IMG/VR virus record: IMGVR_UViG_648276651_000003
Coordinates: 1 to 20,376 of that record
DNA length: 20,376 nucleotides
From: a virus
Taxonomy: Duplodnaviria; Heunggongvirae; Uroviricota; Caudoviricetes
Strand: one strand, 5' to 3'
The position numbers were made by a program, and so were the translations under genes. Under the pieces are notes generated by a model. That model ran no database searches. It was given only the letters and a program-made list of their open reading frames with translations, and had not been told where the DNA came from. Shown here one piece after another: positions 14,372-20,376 of the stretch; within the stretch, counting starts at the first letter, position 1; the number at the start of each line of letters is the position of its first letter.

Positions 14372-14709
14372 TACCCCGCGCTTGCCGCAAGCGTGGATGT
14401 CCTGGCACCACCACTGACCGCTCAGGCTACTGCGAGAAGCACCGAAACGAAGGCTGGCAACAGCATCAACAGGGAAAGAGTCGCCACGAGCGTGGCTACG
14501 GTAGCCAGTGGGATATCAGGCGTGCGCGCATCCTGAAACGCGACAACCATTTATGCCAGAACTGCCTTCGCAGCGGGCGAGCTATCGCAGCAAAGACGGT
14601 TGACCACATCAAGGCCAAGGCTCAGGGGGGTACTGATGACGATTCGAACCTCGAAAGCCTGTGCTGGCCCTGCCATCGAACGAAAACCGGGCGCGAACGC
14701 ATTAAATGA
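14359..14709 (+). CDS. HNH endonuclease (packaging-associated)
   Basis: 116-aa product with CxxC...H-N...CxxCH pattern (CRKRGCPG...CEKHRNEG...HLCQNC...DHIKAKAQGGTDDDSNLESLCWPCH); immediately upstream of terminase, as in HK97-like cos phages. Confidence 0.85.
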   Translation: MPALIPRACRKRGCPGTTTDRSGYCEKHRNEGWQQHQQGKSRHERGYGSQWDIRRARILKRDNHLCQNCLRSGRAIAAKTVDHIKAKAQGGTDDDSNLESLCWPCHRTKTGRERIK

Positions 14710-14866
14710 TATCGATTCTCATTTGTTGCAAGGCAGAGGGGGGCGGGGTCAAATCCCTGACGGCAAAGGCCAAAAGGACCGCCGCCTAACCTTTTTTCAC
14801 ACCGCCGCAGGTTAGAAAACTTTTTTTTGGGGTCCCCCATCCAATGATTAATAGGAGTTTTCGATT

Positions 14867-15364
14867 ATGCCTGGACCACCGAAAACCCCGACACATCTGG
14901 CTTTAGTGAAGGGGAACCCATCCAAGCGCCCGATCAATAAGAACGAGCCAAAACCCCCGTCAGGGGTCCCCCCAATACCGAAACATTTCGATAAACAGGG
15001 TAAGTACTGGTTCAAGCGTATTGGTGAGGAACTTGATGCCGTCGGCGTGTTGACCACGCTGGATGCTAAAGCGCTGGAGTTGTTGATAGAAGCCTATGTT
15101 GAATACCGGCATCACTGCGACACGCTTGATCGTGAAGGTTACACCTATGCCGTCTACAGCGAAGATGATTCAGACGAAGGAGGGGAGCGGGAAATCAGAA
15201 TGATCAAACCGCACCCTGCAGCAGTCATGAAGGCTGACGCGTGGAAACGGATCAGAGCGATGCTGAGCGAATTCGGCATGACACCTGCCAGCCGATCAAA
15301 GGTTGGTGCAAAAGGCCCGGCAGAAGCCGACCCACTGGAAGAATTTCTTAAAAAGCGCAAATGA
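14867..15364 (+). CDS. Terminase small subunit (P27-family-like)
   Basis: 165-aa product, Pro/Lys-rich N-terminus and helical core; AGGAG RBS; sits between HNH and the large terminase. Confidence 0.75.
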   Translation: MPGPPKTPTHLALVKGNPSKRPINKNEPKPPSGVPPIPKHFDKQGKYWFKRIGEELDAVGVLTTLDAKALELLIEAYVEYRHHCDTLDREGYTYAVYSEDDSDEGGEREIRMIKPHPAAVMKADAWKRIRAMLSEFGMTPASRSKVGAKGPAEADPLEEFLKKRK

Positions 15365-15367
15365 TGA

Positions 15368-17119
15368 ATGGCAACCGTTGCAGATGGATTCCGCTACGCC
15401 GAGCGCGTGGTATCTGGCGATATCGTTGCTGGCGAACTGGTGCGTCTTGCGTGCCAGCGGTTCTTTCATGATTTAGAGCACGGCCCGGAGCGCGGTGTTT
15501 ATTTTGATGAAGGCCGCGCCCAGCACGTTCTCGATTTTTATAACTTCGTCCCCCATGTGAAGGGGCACTTGACCGGCAAGCCGATCGAGTTGATGGACTG
15601 GCACACCTTCATCCTGATTAACCTTTTCGGGTTTGTCGTCCCGCTGATAGATGAAATAACGTTTGAGAGCATTCTTGACGACGATGGCGACCCCATGTTT
15701 GTGCGTCGCTTTCGTACCGCCTATGACGAAGTAGCGCGCAAAAATGCAAAATCAACGCTTTCGTCTGGCATCGGGCTTTATATGACTGGTGCCGACGGTG
15801 AGGGTGGTTCTGAGGTTTATTCCGCAGCAACAACCAGGGACCAGGCCCGCATCGTGTTTGATGATGCGAAGCGCATGATTAAGCTGGCTCCTAAAACACT
15901 GGGCCGGTTGTTTGGTAGTAACAAGCTGAATATTCACCAGGAGCGGACGGGCTCAAAATTCGAACCTGTAGCCAGTGATGCGAATAACCTCGACGGCCTT
16001 AATATTCACTGCGGGATCGTTGATGAGCTGCACGCACATAAAACCCGTGACGTCTGGGAAGTTCTGGAAACAGCGACCGGTGCGCGCCTGCAGTCCCTTA
16101 TTTTTGCAATCACCACTGCGGGTTTTAATAAGGAAGGTATCTGCTACGAGCAACGTGATTATGCCATCAAGGTTCTGAAGAACTTTGATAACCCTGACCC
16201 GCTTTCAATTAAGGATGACAGCTATTTTGCGCTGATTTATACCCTGGATGAGGGGGACGATCCTTTCGACGAGGCAAACTGGCCAAAAGCAAATCCCGGC
16301 CTGGGGATATGTAAGCGTTGGGACGATATGCGCCGTCTGGCTAAAAAGGCGAAAGAGCAGGTGGCGGCGCGTGTCGGTTTTTTTACCAAGCATCTCAATA
16401 TCTGGGTGCAAGGTGAAAAAGCATGGATGGATATGGCGCGCTGGGAAAAATGCCGTGACGACTGGGACGGCTCCACTTCGGCCAACTGGTCAATGTGGCT
16501 CGGCGTTGACCTTTCCAACAAAATTGATATTTCAGCTGCAGTTAAAGTCTGGCTTGCTCCAAATGGCGATGTCTATGTCCGCTCCAGATTCTGGATACCT
16601 GAAGGTCGGCTGGAAGCCTGTTCTAAACAGCAGGCGGACCTATACAGAAAATGGAATCTCGCTGGATTCCTTGAGTTTACCGATGGTGATGTCGTCGACC
16701 ATGCAGTAATTAAAGAGGAAACGATCGAATGGGCGCGAGGCGACTCGCTGAACGAGTTCGCATACGATCCGTGGAGTGCCACTCAGTTTGCTTTGTCGGT
16801 AGCAGCTGAAGGCGTACCGATTGTTGAAGTCCCTCAGACGGTTAAAAACCTTTCTGAAGCAATGAAGGAAGTCGAGGCGAAAATTTACGCCGGGCGTTTT
16901 CATCACGATGGCAATCCGGTGATGACATGGATGATGTCAAACGTCACCGTCAAACCAGACAAAAACGAGAATATTTTCCCCAACAAGGCCACGCCTGAAA
17001 ACAAAATTGACGGTCCTGTCGCGATGTTTATTGCGATGAGTCGCTTGCTTGTTAACGGTGGTGGTGAAGTTGACTTCCTGTCCACCATCGATCCTGACGA
17101 AGACCTTTTACTTCTATGA
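15368..17119 (+). CDS. Terminase large subunit (ATPase plus nuclease domains)
   Basis: 583 aa; P-loop-like ...EVARKNAKST..., Walker-B-like ...IHCGIVDELHAH...; correct size and position upstream of portal. Confidence 0.9.
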   Translation: MATVADGFRYAERVVSGDIVAGELVRLACQRFFHDLEHGPERGVYFDEGRAQHVLDFYNFVPHVKGHLTGKPIELMDWHTFILINLFGFVVPLIDEITFESILDDDGDPMFVRRFRTAYDEVARKNAKSTLSSGIGLYMTGADGEGGSEVYSAATTRDQARIVFDDAKRMIKLAPKTLGRLFGSNKLNIHQERTGSKFEPVASDANNLDGLNIHCGIVDELHAHKTRDVWEVLETATGARLQSLIFAITTAGFNKEGICYEQRDYAIKVLKNFDNPDPLSIKDDSYFALIYTLDEGDDPFDEANWPKANPGLGICKRWDDMRRLAKKAKEQVAARVGFFTKHLNIWVQGEKAWMDMARWEKCRDDWDGSTSANWSMWLGVDLSNKIDISAAVKVWLAPNGDVYVRSRFWIPEGRLEACSKQQADLYRKWNLAGFLEFTDGDVVDHAVIKEETIEWARGDSLNEFAYDPWSATQFALSVAAEGVPIVEVPQTVKNLSEAMKEVEAKIYAGRFHHDGNPVMTWMMSNVTVKPDKNENIFPNKATPENKIDGPVAMFIAMSRLLVNGGGEVDFLSTIDPDEDLLLL

Positions 17120-17277
17120 AAACTCTAATCACTGATGTTATCGGGCTTACCGGGTTCGGTTCGCTTGCTGCAGGCGTGTATCTCCAGTTCGGGCTGGCGA
17201 TGTCTCTGATGATGTCGGGAACCCTGCTACTCATTTATGCGCTGTTAGCGGCAATGAGGGGGAATAATGCTGCTTGA
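17116..17277 (+). CDS. Small hydrophobic ORF (53 aa) between terminase and portal
   Basis: Not in the ORF track; my translation MKTLITDVIGLTGFGSLAAGVYLQFGLAMSLMMSGTLLLIYALLAAMRGNNAA; ATGA overlap with the TerL stop; overlaps the portal start by 11 nt. Confidence 0.35.
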   Translation: MKTLITDVIGLTGFGSLAAGVYLQFGLAMSLMMSGTLLLIYALLAAMRGNNAA

Positions 17278-18493
17278 TGCTCTTTTTCGCAGTGAACCAC
17301 TGGAAAACCCGGCTACTCCGATCACGAGTGAATCGGCAGAAACCGATAACGTGTTTGCCCGAGACGTATTTGTCAGCCCGCAAACGGCGATGAAGCTGGC
17401 TGCGGTGTATGCCTGTATTTACGTTATCTCTTCGAATATCGCTCAGATGCCACTGCATGTTATGCGGAAAACCAATAACAAGGTTGAAGCTGCCCGCGAT
17501 CACCCTGTGTTTTACCTGGTTCACGATGAGCCGAATATGTGGCAGACCAGCTATAAGTGGCGTGAGTTAAAACAGCGTCATATTTTGGGCTGGGGGAATG
17601 GTTACACCTGGGTGAAGCGTTCCCGTCGTGGTGAAGTTTCCGGGCTGGAATGCTGCATGCCCTGGGAAACGACACTGCTTAACACGGGTGGTCGGTATAC
17701 CTATGGCGTTTACAACGAAGAGGGGGCGTTTGCCGTCAATCCCGACGATATGGTGCATATCCGGGCGCTGGGTAACAACCAGAAAATGGGGCTTAGCCCA
17801 ATCATGCAGCATGCCGAGACGATAGGCATGGGGATGAGCGGGCAGGCTTATACCAGTTCATTCTTCAACGGTAATGCGCGACCCGCTGGCATTATTTCGG
17901 TGAAAAGCCAGCTGAATGAAGAAAGCTGGGGGCGTTTAAAAAGCATGTGGCAAAAAGCTACAGCTGCTTTGCGCAGCCAGGAGAATAAAACAATGCTTCT
18001 CCCGGCAGAGCTGGATTACAAAGCGCTCACCGTTTCCCCGGTTGATGCCCAGATCATTGATATGTCGAAGCTGAATCGGTCGATGATTGCCGGGATATTT
18101 AATGTACCGGCGCACATGATTAACGATCTCGAAAAAGCCACTTTCTCAAATATTACGCAGCAGGCCATTCAGTTTGTCCGCTACACGATCATGCCGTGGG
18201 TAACGAACTGGGAACAGGAACTCAATCGCCGCCTGTTCACCCGTGCTGAACTGGCCGCCGGATATTACGTCAGGTTTAACCTGACAGGCCTGCTACGCGG
18301 GACCCCGCAGGAGCGTGCTCAGTTCTACCACTTTGCGATCACTGATGGCTGGATGAGCCGCAATGAAGCGCGAGCCTTCGAAGACATGAATCCGGTAGAT
18401 GGCCTGGATGAAATGCTGGTGAGCGTTAACGCCGCGAACCCCGCAGACGATTTTAAGGCACCTAAAACCGACGAGGAAAAGCCCAATGAATGA
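17267..18493 (+). CDS. Portal protein (HK97 family)
   Basis: 408 aa; position after terminase and before prohead protease; portal-like sequence character (...ILGWGNGYTWVKR..., ...ARPAGIISVKSQL...). Confidence 0.85.
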   Translation: MLLDALFRSEPLENPATPITSESAETDNVFARDVFVSPQTAMKLAAVYACIYVISSNIAQMPLHVMRKTNNKVEAARDHPVFYLVHDEPNMWQTSYKWRELKQRHILGWGNGYTWVKRSRRGEVSGLECCMPWETTLLNTGGRYTYGVYNEEGAFAVNPDDMVHIRALGNNQKMGLSPIMQHAETIGMGMSGQAYTSSFFNGNARPAGIISVKSQLNEESWGRLKSMWQKATAALRSQENKTMLLPAELDYKALTVSPVDAQIIDMSKLNRSMIAGIFNVPAHMINDLEKATFSNITQQAIQFVRYTIMPWVTNWEQELNRRLFTRAELAAGYYVRFNLTGLLRGTPQERAQFYHFAITDGWMSRNEARAFEDMNPVDGLDEMLVSVNAANPADDFKAPKTDEEKPNE

Positions 18494-19085
18494 CCGTGAA
18501 ACGCGCTGTTACAGCGGGGAGGTTAGAGCCGAGCAACGCACCGATGAACCTACCCGCATTCTGGGCTATGGCTCGGTGTTCAACAGCCGTTCTGAACCCC
18601 TGTGGGGATTCCGTGAAATCATCAAGCCCGGAGCATTTGACGATGTGCTGAATGATGATGTCCGCGGGCTGTTTAACCATGACCCCAACTTTATTCTCGG
18701 ACGGAGCGCTGCCGGGACGCTATCCCTGTCTGTCGATGAGCGCGGCCTGCGTTACGACATTACAGCGCCGGATACGCAAACTATCCGCGATCTGGTGCTG
18801 GCGCCGATGATGCGCGGTGACATTAACCAGTCATCTTTTGCCTTCCGGGTATCCCATGACGGTGAAAATTGGTACCAGGACGATGAAGGGATCGTTATTC
18901 GTGAAATATCGAAGTTTTCCCGGCTGTTTGATGTCAGTCCGGTGACTTATCCCGCATATCAGGAGGCTGACTCCGGCGTCCGATCGATGAAAGCCTGGCA
19001 GGAGGCGCGCGACAGCGGTGCGCTAAAGAACGCCATTAATCAACGAATGGCGCGTGAGCGCCTGCTGACCCTTCTTAACGCGTAA
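18486..19085 (+). CDS. Prohead maturation protease (HK97 family, S78/U35-like)
   Basis: 199 aa; position between portal and major capsid; ...LGYGSVFNSRSEPLWGFREIIKPGAF... is typical of HK97 prohead proteases. Confidence 0.8.
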   Translation: MNDRETRCYSGEVRAEQRTDEPTRILGYGSVFNSRSEPLWGFREIIKPGAFDDVLNDDVRGLFNHDPNFILGRSAAGTLSLSVDERGLRYDITAPDTQTIRDLVLAPMMRGDINQSSFAFRVSHDGENWYQDDEGIVIREISKFSRLFDVSPVTYPAYQEADSGVRSMKAWQEARDSGALKNAINQRMARERLLTLLNA

Positions 19086-19094
19086 GGAAAAATC

Positions 19095-20333
19095 ATGAAA
19101 CTGCATGAAATGAAGCAAAAACGTAACACCATCGCCAAAGATATGCGTGCCCTGCATGACAAAATTGGTGATACCCCCTGGACCGATGAACAGCGTACTC
19201 AGTGGAACGCTGCAAAATCGGAGCTTGACGCCCTTGATGAGCGTATTACACGCGAAGAGGAACTGCGCCGCCAGGATCAGGACTATATCCACGAAAACGA
19301 GCCGGAACAGCGCCAGCAGCAGAATCGTGATCCAGCAAACCCGGAAGCACAGGCTAACGAACGTCGTGCTGCGGCGTTTAATGCGTTTTTGCGCCGTGGT
19401 CTTGGCGAGATGAGCGCTGAAGAACGCCAGGCTTTAAAGGAGCTGCGTGCTCAGGGCACGACGCCGGATGAAAAAGGGGGGTACACCGTACCAACCCAGT
19501 TCCGCAATAAGATCGTCGAAGCACTGAAAGATTACGGTGGAATTGCCAGTGTGGCGCAAATTCTGAATACCGCCAACGGCCAGGACATTGACTGGGCAAC
19601 CTCTGACGGTACCACTGAAGAAGGTGAACTGCTGGGCGAAAACACTGAAACCAGTGAAGAAGACGTGTCTTTCGGCGGTGCAACGCTGGGGGCTAAAAAA
19701 CTGTCCTCTAAAATCATTCGCGTATCCAATGAACTGCTCCAGGACAGCGGCGTAGATATCGAGGCGTTCCTGGCCGCGCGTATCGCCACTCGCATCGGAC
19801 GTGGTGAAGCGAAGTATCTGGTATTAGGGACCGGCACCGGCACCCCGCTGCAGCCTAAAGGGCTGGCTGCGTCGGTAACTGGCACCAAAAATACCGCAGC
19901 AGCGACCACCTTTACCTGGAAAGAGCTGAACGCACTGAAGCACTCTGTCGACCCGGCATACCGTAACGGTCCAAAGGTGCGCTGGGCCTTTAACGATGCA
20001 ACGTTGCAGCTGGTGGAGGAAATGGAGGACGGACAGGGCCGCCCGCTCTGGTTACCGAACATTATCGGTGGCGCACCTGCTACTGTTCTGCAGGTGCCGT
20101 ATGTCGTTGACCAGGCTATTCCTGATATCGCGGCAGGTGCCAAATTTGCCTACTTCGGCGATTTTAACCGCTTTATCGTTCGTCGCGTCACTTACATGAC
20201 CCTGAAACGGCTGGTTGAGCGTTACGCAGAGTACGATCAGACTGGCTTCCTGGCCTTCCACCGCTTCGACTGCGTACTGGAAGATACCGGCGCGATTAAG
20301 GCGCTGGTGGGTAAACCGGCATCTGGCGGCTAA
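19095..20333 (+). CDS. Major capsid protein (HK97 fold) with N-terminal scaffolding-like delta domain
   Basis: 412 aa; N-terminal about 100 aa charged coiled-coil (delta domain) then capsid core; follows the protease. Confidence 0.85.
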   Translation: MKLHEMKQKRNTIAKDMRALHDKIGDTPWTDEQRTQWNAAKSELDALDERITREEELRRQDQDYIHENEPEQRQQQNRDPANPEAQANERRAAAFNAFLRRGLGEMSAEERQALKELRAQGTTPDEKGGYTVPTQFRNKIVEALKDYGGIASVAQILNTANGQDIDWATSDGTTEEGELLGENTETSEEDVSFGGATLGAKKLSSKIIRVSNELLQDSGVDIEAFLAARIATRIGRGEAKYLVLGTGTGTPLQPKGLAASVTGTKNTAAATTFTWKELNALKHSVDPAYRNGPKVRWAFNDATLQLVEEMEDGQGRPLWLPNIIGGAPATVLQVPYVVDQAIPDIAAGAKFAYFGDFNRFIVRRVTYMTLKRLVERYAEYDQTGFLAFHRFDCVLEDTGAIKALVGKPASGG

Positions 20334-20356
20334 GGCAATAATCAGCTTCAACCTCC

Positions 20357-20376
20357 ACCGCTCCGGCGGTTTTTTT
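20357..20376 (+). terminator. Possible intrinsic terminator after the major capsid gene (cut by window end)
   Basis: accgc-tccg-gcggt hairpin followed by T-run running to the window edge. Confidence 0.4.

Noticed and set aside
15700-15780. Terminase large subunit P-loop reads KNAKST rather than a canonical G-K-[ST] Walker A
   Set aside because: Terminase Walker A motifs are frequently deviant, and I cannot align to references from memory well enough to call this a defect.
19532-20143. Minus-strand 203-aa ORF inside the major capsid gene, and similar antisense ORFs within terminase, portal, dam and the DUF968 gene (e.g. 15618-15833, 8500-8898, 9904-10371)
   Set aside because: Shadow ORFs antisense to well-supported genes, with Ser/Pro/Arg-rich composition typical of out-of-frame translation.

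Overview
This window reads as the left arm of a lambdoid prophage (lambda-like immunity and regulatory layout with an HK97-like packaging/head module), probably enterobacterial. Calls rest on reading the ORF translations and sequence by eye; no searches were run. Order: a low-complexity edge (1-100), int and xis (minus strand), a leftward early operon of about ten tightly coupled, mostly uncharacterised genes including a ParB-like nuclease-domain protein, an ORF-poor leader, cI-like repressor / operators / cro-like / CII-like, a replication initiator with internal iterons, Dam methylase, RusA, a DUF968 protein, a Q-like antiterminator apparently split by an in-frame TAA, a lysis cassette (holin-like proteins, GH19 endolysin, spanins), then HNH endonuclease, TerS, TerL, portal, prohead protease and major capsid. 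The strongest candidates for an undescribed accessory system are two self-contained morons: an AT-rich two-gene cassette (13340-14025; membrane protein plus small Cys-containing protein) with its own extended -10 promoter and terminator, and a single 79-aa gene (11180-11419) bracketed by two intrinsic terminators. The uncharacterised early-left operon is a third candidate. No tRNA, rRNA or CRISPR array was seen.
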